A DNA stretch of 64,000 bases from a virus, in IMG/VR virus record IMGVR_UViG_3300025886_001957, positions 14,463 to 78,462 of that record; one strand, written 5' to 3'. The notes under the pieces were generated by a model. That model made no database searches and was not told the DNA's origin. It worked only from the letters and a program-made list of their open reading frames with translations. Position numbers and translations under genes: made by a program. Within the stretch, counting starts at the first letter, position 1; every line of letters begins with the position of its first letter. This document shows positions 57,010 through 64,000 of the stretch, in pieces.

Positions 57010-57358
57010 CTCGTAGTCGGCACTTCTGTTGCCAGGCAGTACCCGCCCCGGAAAGCCTATTTAGGCTGCCATTGCCATGTCTGGCGCATAATTGTCATTT
57101 GCAATTATAGTTGTTGACCAATAACGCAGTCATCCGGTAAACTCCACTCTATCTTCACACTGGTCGATCCTATTTCGGCCCCATCAAAGATACACTATCC
57201 TGCCTCCTCTTAACATTTAGTTAAGTATCAACAATCAGGTTCAAAACATCTCGCAATGTCAGTTTTATCAACTACTAAGTAGCATAGTATATCTATGGTG
57301 GAGCCGTCCGGTACCGCCCCGGAGTCCCATATGTGTCCATTTTGCTTCAACATTTACA
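57010..57358 (-). ncRNA. ssrA: Circularly permuted (two-piece) tmRNA
   Basis: Acceptor piece ending GGCTCCACCA at 57296; coding piece starting GGGGCCGAAATAGGATCGAC at 57182; tag ANDNYAPDMAMAA* at 57102..57061; outer ends approximate. Confidence 0.92.
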
Positions 57359-57362
57359 AGTA

Positions 57363-57393
57363 TATTTATATATTAATTTATGGGTATTGTCAA
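57363..57393 (-). promoter_or_regulatory. tmRNA promoter: TTGACA-N17-TATAAA overlapping a late TATAAATA
   Basis: Both motifs read directly from the sequence. Confidence 0.75.
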
Positions 57394-57578
57394 GTCTCAA
57401 TGGCATCTTTTAATGTACATTTATATTCAACAGCATCCCATCTACCATCTGGTGGTATTAATTGGTATATTGGGAGCATGTCATAACAATCTTGTTTAGA
57501 ATCAAACCACTGTACATCTTGTGTAATACAGTCCGATTGTAAACAAACTGTTAGCAATATGTGCCACATTATTTCCAT
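57390..57578 (-). CDS. Small secreted protein with four Cys
   Basis: ORF track. Confidence 0.55.
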   Translation of the reverse strand: MEIMWHILLTVCLQSDCITQDVQWFDSKQDCYDMLPIYQLIPPDGRWDAVEYKCTLKDAIET

Positions 57579-58675
57579 CAGTTACGAGCCATATGTTTAG
57601 GTTCAGTGTCTACTAATGCTTGCTGATACGGATTAACATCTAAATACTTGCCCCATTCACTATAGTAATGACGCATACCAACTTCGTCATGTATTGTTGA
57701 GTTTTCATGTCTTCCATGTAAGATATGTCTATCTTCTGTACCTTCTCTCATTGTTGTGCCTTGTCCAGATACGCCTAATAAATCTTCATGTAAGTTGCGT
57801 CCAAATGGTCCCCAAATTGTATTATGATGCTTGATACGAGTTTGTCTTTCTTCTGGAGTGTCTTTGCGTAATCCATATCCTCTAAATTCAATTAGTACGC
57901 TGTTAGGTCCTAGTGGAGTAACACTATCACTACGGTAAGCACTACCACGCAAGTTAAAGTTAAAGCCTGGAAACAAGTCTACCATATACCATTGGTTAGG
58001 CGGCAAGTTAGGAAAACTTAATTCTCCTCTATCACCTTCTTTATCAAATTCGGTATAGTTGACTGTAAAACTACTTACATTTACATGTCCATTATCAAAC
58101 GGTACATTTTTTCTAGCAAAATATTCATCATTAAACCCAGTTACGCGATTGAAATAGTGCATAAAGTCGTGGTAGAATTCACTGTTAGTATCATGCCATA
58201 GTTTGTAGTTGGTGGGAATAATTGCTTTGTGATAATGAAATATTTCTAGTTCTTCTGTATCAATAGCATCTGCAATACAATCAAATGCACCTGCTGTCCA
58301 TTGTTCTACATCCATTGTAGGATTAGGATCTAGTGTTACCCAAACCATACCACCATGCTTTATTTCACTGTATAGTTCTGAATTGCTAGTCGCAATAGGG
58401 GCCTTTAATGTTCCTGTAGGAGTTATTACATCGTAGTTATAATATGCTTTTACTCCGTTACCTGTATTGTAAACAATAATATTATGTCCAGCAATTTGTG
58501 ATGTACGATAATCGAATTTATTATACATTTCACTAATATGGCATACTGGTACCCATACTTTACTAAAAATGTTTTCAACTTCTTCATTGAATATTGTTTG
58601 ACTAGAATATATTTCGCTACTAAGTGATTCTACGTTAGGTTTTTTTAACCAATTCTTATGATTACGTGGTGGCAT
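57578..58675 (-). CDS. Ring-hydroxylating oxygenase alpha-subunit homolog lacking the Rieske cluster ligands
   Basis: IFSKVWVPVCH, NYKLWHDTNSEFYHDFMH, NLHEDL; no CxH/CxxH motifs. Confidence 0.78.
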   Translation of the reverse strand: MPPRNHKNWLKKPNVESLSSEIYSSQTIFNEEVENIFSKVWVPVCHISEMYNKFDYRTSQIAGHNIIVYNTGNGVKAYYNYDVITPTGTLKAPIATSNSELYSEIKHGGMVWVTLDPNPTMDVEQWTAGAFDCIADAIDTEELEIFHYHKAIIPTNYKLWHDTNSEFYHDFMHYFNRVTGFNDEYFARKNVPFDNGHVNVSSFTVNYTEFDKEGDRGELSFPNLPPNQWYMVDLFPGFNFNLRGSAYRSDSVTPLGPNSVLIEFRGYGLRKDTPEERQTRIKHHNTIWGPFGRNLHEDLLGVSGQGTTMREGTEDRHILHGRHENSTIHDEVGMRHYYSEWGKYLDVNPYQQALVDTEPKHMARN

Positions 58676-58771
58676 GTTAATGTATCTCCTTGTACTATAT
58701 TTAATTTAATATAGCACAGGAAATGTCATTAACCTAATACAAAGATGACAATAGCTAATAGATAATATCTA

Positions 58772-59122
58772 TTATTCATTATTGTAAAATGCATCAACTG
58801 TTGCATCTAGTACTGTATCTAATGCTAAATCTTTAAAATCTTCGTGTAATTTTATTGACTCAGTTGGAGACAGTACTACATTATCTTCTTCTTCATTGTC
58901 ATCTTGAATGTCAAAGAACATTACTAATTCGTCCTGTGTTAGTACATCATCAGCAGCAGCAGTTGCCCATGCAGCTGAAATTAATATTAACTGACATCCT
59001 AGTTCTGAGTCTAGTATTTTGTGTTTAACAATATATCTAATTGTCTGACGTCTTACATCATGATAGTATTGTACTCTTTTACCAACATTAAGTAAGTATC
59101 TTTTAGTATTTTGAATTCCCAT
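58772..59122 (-). CDS. Hypothetical acidic protein
   Basis: ORF track. Confidence 0.6.
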   Translation of the reverse strand: MGIQNTKRYLLNVGKRVQYYHDVRRQTIRYIVKHKILDSELGCQLILISAAWATAAADDVLTQDELVMFFDIQDDNEEEDNVVLSPTESIKLHEDFKDLALDTVLDATVDAFYNNE

Positions 59123-59301
59123 TATAAGTCCATTTTCTGTTCTTGAATCTCCTGTCTACGTGTCGGTATAAGAGATTTTATTTCATTAAGAGTTTGTCTT
59201 GCACGAACCGCACTTACTTTAATACCTTTATCTTCAAATTTTTCACATTCTAAAAGGTAAACCGAAAATAATAATTTTAACTGTTCGTGTGTATCGCTCA
59301 T
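59122..59301 (-). CDS. Hc1 (histone H1-like) family small protein, 59 aa
   Basis: Read by hand: EKFEDKGIKVSAVRARQTLNEIKSL..TRRQEIQE; coupled to both neighbours. Confidence 0.55.
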   Translation of the reverse strand: MSDTHEQLKLLFSVYLLECEKFEDKGIKVSAVRARQTLNEIKSLIPTRRQEIQEQKMDL

Positions 59302-59891
59302 TTTTCTACTAATACTGAATTATATAATTTTTCCCAGTTTGTAAACCTAGGTATCGTATCTCTTTTATTATCTAGCATCTTATTATGTTGATGTGAAATA
59401 AGTACACTGTTTAAGCCATATTTTAATCCTGTATTTGCATTTTCTAATTTGTCTTCAACCCACAGTAGGTTTGTATTTTGATACTTAACTAGTTCGTCAT
59501 CCTTATCTGCGCCAACATCAAGAAAAATATATTTTTCAAATGCTGTTTTACCAAATAATCTTTCTGTGTTTTCAATACGTAGTTTGCCAGCCCATGGACT
59601 ACGCGATAATGATGTAATCATATGAAACACGTATCCGTGTTCTTCGTGTAGTTTTTTTACATACTTGATTGCATCACGCAGTGGTGGCAACCATCCAATT
59701 CTTGACGACTCATTAAAGTGTTTGATTATTTTTGTTTTTTCATCTTCAGTTATGCTGTATTTTTTAGCCATGTTATACGAAGTTGCATACTCTTGATTAA
59801 TAGTATAACTGTTATCAATCATCCATTCACTAAATGTACGCTCCCAGTCCATGAGCACGCCATCGCAGTCTGTTAGTATTATCTTAGTCAT
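59298..59891 (-). CDS. HAD-family 5'(3')-nucleotidase-like protein (T4 30.2-like)
   Basis: ILTDCDGVL, ITS, WVEDK. Confidence 0.8.
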   Translation of the reverse strand: MTKIILTDCDGVLMDWERTFSEWMIDNSYTINQEYATSYNMAKKYSITEDEKTKIIKHFNESSRIGWLPPLRDAIKYVKKLHEEHGYVFHMITSLSRSPWAGKLRIENTERLFGKTAFEKYIFLDVGADKDDELVKYQNTNLLWVEDKLENANTGLKYGLNSVLISHQHNKMLDNKRDTIPRFTNWEKLYNSVLVEK

Positions 59892-60447
59892 AAATGTTAT
59901 CCTCTTCGTCAAAGTCATGATCTCTATAGTTCATGGTTGTTTCATTAAAACATTGATCGTGATATTCTTTTAATGCCGATTTAACTGCATAATAATCTTT
60001 TGGATCTTTGTACAGTGCCTTTGGCATACTATCACATGCTAGTGTTGTTTTAATTTGATTACAATCAAGACACAGTGTTTGACAGTTACTTGGATCGTTA
60101 CTGCCTGCATATTTTTGAGGAACAATATGATCTACTATTAACATACCCCATGCTACTCTATCACGTACTAATTTACTAGTGATTCTTTGTACAACTGGAT
60201 GATCCCAAGGATTAAACCCACAAAAATCACAACTACATTTCTTGTTAAAAGTATATTGCCTATCTGTTCTTGCTGGTCCGCCATATTCTCGCATAAGACC
60301 TTGATGTGTTTCGCAAAATCTACTACCGGGTCCTCTGTAACTACTTACTGGCTCGTTGCACCAAGGAAGGAGACACTTGCAACTAGTTTTATTCTTCTTC
60401 TTTGGAAGATCCTTTTGTACTAGTCTTTCAAAAAAATACTTACTCAT
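59884..60447 (-). CDS. HNH endonuclease
   Basis: CDFC...VDHIVP...SNCQTLCLDCNQIKT. Confidence 0.85.
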   Translation of the reverse strand: MSKYFFERLVQKDLPKKKNKTSCKCLLPWCNEPVSSYRGPGSRFCETHQGLMREYGGPARTDRQYTFNKKCSCDFCGFNPWDHPVVQRITSKLVRDRVAWGMLIVDHIVPQKYAGSNDPSNCQTLCLDCNQIKTTLACDSMPKALYKDPKDYYAVKSALKEYHDQCFNETTMNYRDHDFDEEDNIYD

Positions 60448-60470
60448 TTTATCTCTCTGCTTATATTTTA

Positions 60471-60499
60471 ATTATACTATGATATGCTATGTATGTCAA
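60471..60499 (-). promoter_or_regulatory. Sigma70-type promoter TTGACA-N17-TATAAT
   Basis: Perfect consensus. Confidence 0.85.
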
Positions 60500-60522
60500 A
60501 TAATTAAACAAAGTAGGCAGTA

Positions 60523-61002
60523 TTAAACTGCCATTTCTGTTTGTGTTACGTATTCATCAATATATGTATATGCTTCTTGTAAACTAGATTGCTTGGTCCT
60601 GCCAAATCCTAATTCACCATACTGCTCTGTCAAGTGAGAATCTATAAATTGTGTTACATAACAATGATCGTTGCCGTTTGCATCGTATTCCTCATACCAA
60701 CATCCTTCGATCTCTTGTTTGAGTTTGTAACCCTTGTACTCAAAAATATCTTTGGTTGGCTGTGCATCAAGTGGACCTATAGGCATACGTTGCAGTTCAT
60801 CTTCATCTTCTGCATCCATTTCAGTAAACTCGTCGTCTTCAAACAGATCATCATTTTCGTCTTCGTCATCATAAGGATCTACATACCTAGTTGATGTATC
60901 TGCCATTGCCATCATGTTGGCAAACAGTACACCACACCCACCAAAGATACAAATCATAAGTATAATCTGTGTTAGGTTAGATAATGTTGTATTCAAGTCC
61001 AT
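60523..61002 (-). CDS. Membrane-anchored acidic protein
   Basis: N-terminal TM segment, D/E-rich linker. Confidence 0.6.
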   Translation of the reverse strand: MDLNTTLSNLTQIILMICIFGGCGVLFANMMAMADTSTRYVDPYDDEDENDDLFEDDEFTEMDAEDEDELQRMPIGPLDAQPTKDIFEYKGYKLKQEIEGCWYEEYDANGNDHCYVTQFIDSHLTEQYGELGFGRTKQSSLQEAYTYIDEYVTQTEMAV

Positions 61003-61160
61003 TATACTACTCCTTGTGGTAACAGTTTATAAATTACTGAGCATATGTTTAGTGCAGCAACACCTGATAATACAGCAGCCATGTGCAGTTTATCTTCTCT
61101 AATCATTGCCCATATACTAAGGAATGCAATCCATACATTAAATACCATTACTATTGTCAT
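61002..61160 (-). CDS. Small membrane protein, 52 aa
   Basis: Read by hand; AGGAG SD; overlaps both neighbours. Confidence 0.55.
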   Translation of the reverse strand: MTIVMVFNVWIAFLSIWAMIREDKLHMAAVLSGVAALNICSVIYKLLPQGVV

Positions 61161-61273
61161 TTGTATCTCCTAAACATATCAAACATCATCCATATTATAA
61201 ATCCTAGTTGTGCTATTAGTGTAAGCACGCCTATGCTTATTACACTAATGGCAAACCATTGTAACATTTCCAT
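61157..61273 (-). CDS. Small membrane protein, 38 aa
   Basis: Read by hand; AGGAG SD. Confidence 0.55.
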   Translation of the reverse strand: MEMLQWFAISVISIGVLTLIAQLGFIIWMMFDMFRRYK

Positions 61274-61359
61274 TATCTGTCTCCTACATCTATACACATT
61301 GCTACTATAGCAATTACTACAGGAATTGCAACCATTAAGATTATAAGTTCATTAGTCAT
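61273..61359 (-). CDS. Small membrane peptide, 28 aa
   Basis: Read by hand; AAGGA SD. Confidence 0.5.
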   Translation of the reverse strand: MTNELIILMVAIPVVIAIVAMCIDVGDR

Positions 61360-61462
61360 TTAATTGATCCTTTAATGCAAGTGAACATGCCCAGCAACCA
61401 AGGCAAAAGCCAAATGCTGTACCCAATGTGGCTCCTACAAGCCACCATAAAAATATAGTCAT
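61352..61462 (-). CDS. Small Cys/Gly-rich membrane peptide, 36 aa
   Basis: Read by hand; GAGGA SD. Confidence 0.5.
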   Translation of the reverse strand: MTIFLWWLVGATLGTAFGFCLGCWACSLALKDQLND

Positions 61463-61642
61463 TTAGTAGTCCTCTTCATCATCTTTTTTGATAAAAAGTT
61501 GATCTGTGTTGTTTGCTATAAACAGCCAAACTAATACGCCATAGCACATTAAGTATCCTGCGAGCGCATCTAGTACAATAAGCCAAATACCAAGTCCGCC
61601 AAAAAATAGTGTAAACACAATCCATAATGGGTTAATTTGCAT
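61463..61642 (-). CDS. Small membrane protein, 59 aa
   Basis: Read by hand; AGGAG SD; first gene after the promoter. Confidence 0.6.
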   Translation of the reverse strand: MQINPLWIVFTLFFGGLGIWLIVLDALAGYLMCYGVLVWLFIANNTDQLFIKKDDEEDY

Positions 61643-61674
61643 TTTATTCTCCTGCTATGTTAAGTTATAGCAGT

Positions 61675-61703
61675 GTTATAGCATCCTATGAAAGTATTGT
61701 CAA
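61675..61703 (-). promoter_or_regulatory. Sigma70-type promoter TTGACA-N17-TATAAC
   Basis: Near-consensus boxes. Confidence 0.8.
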
Positions 61704-61717
61704 CCAATATTTTTTTA

Positions 61718-62647
61718 TTATCCAGGATAATTGTATCCTTTTGCTTCTAAAGCCGTTACTGCCCAAGGATAACTCGACAGACCTGTCCAACTACCATTGG
61801 AACCCCATGCTCGAAGTGCGCCTCCGCGTATATCTAAATGAGTAAATGTATTGTATATTCCTATTGCTGTAAATCCTGCATCAACTGCGGCTTGTATGAA
61901 CTGTTGACGTTGTGCTGTTGTTAGTCCTGTCTGAATAATATCCACAGCATTTGCCTGCATATGTTGACTAGCTTTGGCACCGCCAACACTTTCATTATAT
62001 GCCGGTGATCTATATCCACTAGTAACCTGTAATTGATAACCAACAGCTTGAGATACTGTTTCTAAATTTGAAATCACTTGGGGCTTAACTCTACTGTCTG
62101 TATGAGGAAGCCAGTATATATATTGTCCGTTTTCATTACTTGGTTGTGGACTAGGCACATCGCTTACTGCGTTTGCATCCTGTGCTCCTGATACTCCATT
62201 TGTAGGGCTTGTATTACTATATCTTGCACTACTAATTCCACCGTCGCCATATTCTACCCCTTCTGATGTATCAGGATCTAGTCCTTGTGCTACTTCAGCA
62301 TCTCTGCCTTGTAGTATGTCTATTGCATCAGCTTCAGTAATGTTAAGGCTAGAAAATCCCATTGCTATTGCTACTGCATCGGCAACATTTCCTGCTGCAA
62401 CATCTCCGCTTCCTGTTGCTGTGTGACCGCATACTGTATTTCCATCACCTTCATTACACACTGCAATACCACCGATAAAAATTTTGGCACTGCCTGCTAC
62501 AATATTTTGAGGAAGGTGTGGCGAATCTCCATGTCCAGCAACAACATCATTATGAACAATTACTAGATTGCCGTTGGCATAAACAGTACTTTGACTTGCT
62601 GTTAATCCGCCGCCTGATGTGTCAATGTCTGTGGTAATTCCTGGCAT
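61718..62647 (-). CDS. PAAR-like spike-tip domain fused to an M15-family Zn peptidase
   Basis: N-terminal H/H/C/H PAAR-like pattern; TSGYRSPAYN, SQH, AVD, HLD. Confidence 0.8.
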   Translation of the reverse strand: MPGITTDIDTSGGGLTASQSTVYANGNLVIVHNDVVAGHGDSPHLPQNIVAGSAKIFIGGIAVCNEGDGNTVCGHTATGSGDVAAGNVADAVAIAMGFSSLNITEADAIDILQGRDAEVAQGLDPDTSEGVEYGDGGISSARYSNTSPTNGVSGAQDANAVSDVPSPQPSNENGQYIYWLPHTDSRVKPQVISNLETVSQAVGYQLQVTSGYRSPAYNESVGGAKASQHMQANAVDIIQTGLTTAQRQQFIQAAVDAGFTAIGIYNTFTHLDIRGGALRAWGSNGSWTGLSSYPWAVTALEAKGYNYPG

Positions 62648-62649
62648 TA

Positions 62650-62988
62650 TTAAGTAACGATTCCTGTTGTTGTGGTGGTATACTGTTTACTTATCTCCGA
62701 TTCAGTTTTAGCAACACAACTAACAGAATTAGATTGCAGTACAAATTTTCCAGTTGGCGGCACTGAGAACATAAATGGGGCTAGTGCTAGTGCTTCGTTT
62801 TGAAAAACAAGCACCATTGGTTTACTAACTGTGTATCCTGTTGTATCGTGTGATGTTAAACGTGCAACAATCTCTTCTCCTGAGTTCATTTTAAACGACA
62901 CAATATCGTTATCTTTGTATGGTGTTTCAATAATCATTATTTTTCCTTTATGATAATGTATAGCCGGTGCCGTTGTAACCTGTTTCAT
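62650..62988 (-). CDS. Hypothetical Sm-like-fold phage protein (true start probably about 62937)
   Basis: KMNSGEEIVARL pattern. Confidence 0.6.
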   Translation of the reverse strand: MKQVTTAPAIHYHKGKIMIIETPYKDNDIVSFKMNSGEEIVARLTSHDTTGYTVSKPMVLVFQNEALALAPFMFSVPPTGKFVLQSNSVSCVAKTESEISKQYTTTTTGIVT

Positions 62989-63205
62989 TAAGATAGGTTA
63001 CAAATTTATCGTAGCCGCCAACTTTTGTCCCAATTACTATAATTTGAGGGAATGTCTTTGCATCTGGAAATTTTTCTAAAATTTCTTCTCTTGTAAAATC
63101 AACATCTAGTTGCTTGTACACATAATTTAAATTTCGAGATTCGCACAACTGTTTTGCTTTTTCGCAAAAATTACATCTAGGCTTACCCCAGATTTCAACA
63201 GTCAT
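62948..63205 (-). CDS. Glutaredoxin
   Basis: CNFC active site, TFPQI, GGYD. Confidence 0.92.
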   Translation of the reverse strand: MTVEIWGKPRCNFCEKAKQLCESRNLNYVYKQLDVDFTREEILEKFPDAKTFPQIIVIGTKVGGYDKFVTYLNETGYNGTGYTLS

Positions 63206-64000
63206 AAATCAAATCCTTTAAATGTATCTGTACCAACATCTTGTTTAATTGCTCCAACTGTATAACTACTAATTTCAGTTTCTTGTGGTGCAACTTGTAC
63301 TTCAGAGCCGCTGATCCATTTTTGTGTCCACGGTAATGGATTAGTTTTTACTGAATACGGAGATTTTAAACTTACATTATTCATCCGACGTGTGCAGATC
63401 CATTCAATATAATCACTCAGTAATTGGGCATTAAGTCCTATCATAGATCCGTCTTTGAACAAATATTCAGCCCATTCTTTTTCTTGATCAACTGCATCGA
63501 CAAACATTTGAATACATTCTTCTTCAGTTTCTACTGCAATTCTTGCAAAATCAGGATCATCCTTTTTAAGAAGTTTAAGAAGTAACTGAGTTGAAGCAAG
63601 ATGTAAATTTTCGTCACGGGCAATAAGTTTAATAATTTTAGCATTGCCTTCCATCTTCTTTAGTTCAGCAAATGCCCAACTACAGGCAAAGCTTACATAA
63701 AATCTTACACCTTCAAGAATATTCACACTCATTAGTGTCAACCAAAGTTTCTTCTTTAATTCGTACAAGTCTACTGTAACATTACGTTCCCCATTGATTT
63801 GATGTGTACCTTCGCCAAGTAAATTATACCAAGCACTTGACTCAATAAGGTCATCGTAGTATTTTGATATATCGCCGGCACAATCAACAATCTCTGATAT
63901 TTCCATCATTTCGTCGAAGATTATAGACGGGTTTGCATACACATTTTGTATAATATGTGTATATGAACGTGAATGTATTGTTTCACTAAATGTCCAAGTT
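63202..64000 (-). CDS. nrdB: Ribonucleotide reductase class Ia beta subunit, 5' end outside the window
   Basis: SETIHSRSYTHII (read to the window edge), ILEGVRFYVSF, IARDENLH, QVAPQETE. Confidence 0.95.
   Translation of the reverse strand, partial: TWTFSETIHSRSYTHIIQNVYANPSIIFDEMMEISEIVDCAGDISKYYDDLIESSAWYNLLGEGTHQINGERNVTVDLYELKKKLWLTLMSVNILEGVRFYVSFACSWAFAELKKMEGNAKIIKLIARDENLHLASTQLLLKLLKKDDPDFARIAVETEEECIQMFVDAVDQEKEWAEYLFKDGSMIGLNAQLLSDYIEWICTRRMNNVSLKSPYSVKTNPLPWTQKWISGSEVQVAPQETEISSYTVGAIKQDVGTDTFKGFDL

Noticed and set aside
57295-57486. 63-aa plus-strand ORF
   Set aside because: Antisense to the tmRNA acceptor piece and its promoter
227-63000. Most plus-strand ORFs in the track (for example 1448, 8579, 9572, 26932, 40042, 44492, 52823)
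   Set aside because: Antisense shadows of confident minus-strand genes with no SD or motifs; only 15465 and the 38284-39589 group are accepted
1-64000. Window is a bacterial chromosome segment (dnaK, gap, clpP, infA, rpsU, tmRNA present)
   Set aside because: Host-like genes are out of their bacterial operon context and mixed with baseplate/PAAR genes, T4-type late promoters and many phage-type small ORFs in a nearly single-strand layout
1-64000. Stop-codon reassignment
   Set aside because: Conserved genes are full length in the standard code, TAA/TGA/TAG all end genes, and no suppressor tRNA is seen

Overview
About 64 kb of a large, AT-rich, T4-like (myovirus-type) phage genome. Coding is dense and almost all on the minus strand. 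Sigma70-type TTGACA-N16/17-TATAAT promoters and T4-type (T)ATAAATA late promoters are both present. The host is most likely a marine alphaproteobacterium, inferred from the permuted two-piece tmRNA with an ANDN...AMAA tag, hemO-pcyX and the BMP-family binding protein. Contents: (1) a virion/baseplate block (4.5-15 kb) and a PAAR-M15 peptidase fusion; (2) nucleotide and DNA metabolism (ligase, UvsE, NrdB, glutaredoxin, GuaC, PyrD-like, PurS, PRTase, QueD, DnaE fragment); (3) a translation/proteostasis kit (tRNA-Tyr/Trp/Leu, tmRNA, IF-1, bS21, TilS, ClpP, ClpS, DnaK, GroES, Hsp20); (4) a curli-type cluster (csgF, csgG, two curlin-repeat genes, FecR-domain gene) running into a CHASE2 adenylate cyclase; (5) many host-like metabolic genes. 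The least expected signals are non-coding. First, an apparently complete ribosome-dependent attenuator (19-aa Tyr/Trp-containing leader, antiterminator, terminator) sits directly upstream of tRNA-Trp and tRNA-Tyr. Second, a CCA-ended non-tRNA RNA lies between those two tRNAs. Third, two covarying ROSE-like RNA-thermometer leaders precede dnaK and hsp20. All calls come from reading the sequence and recognising motifs; no searches or folding programs were run.
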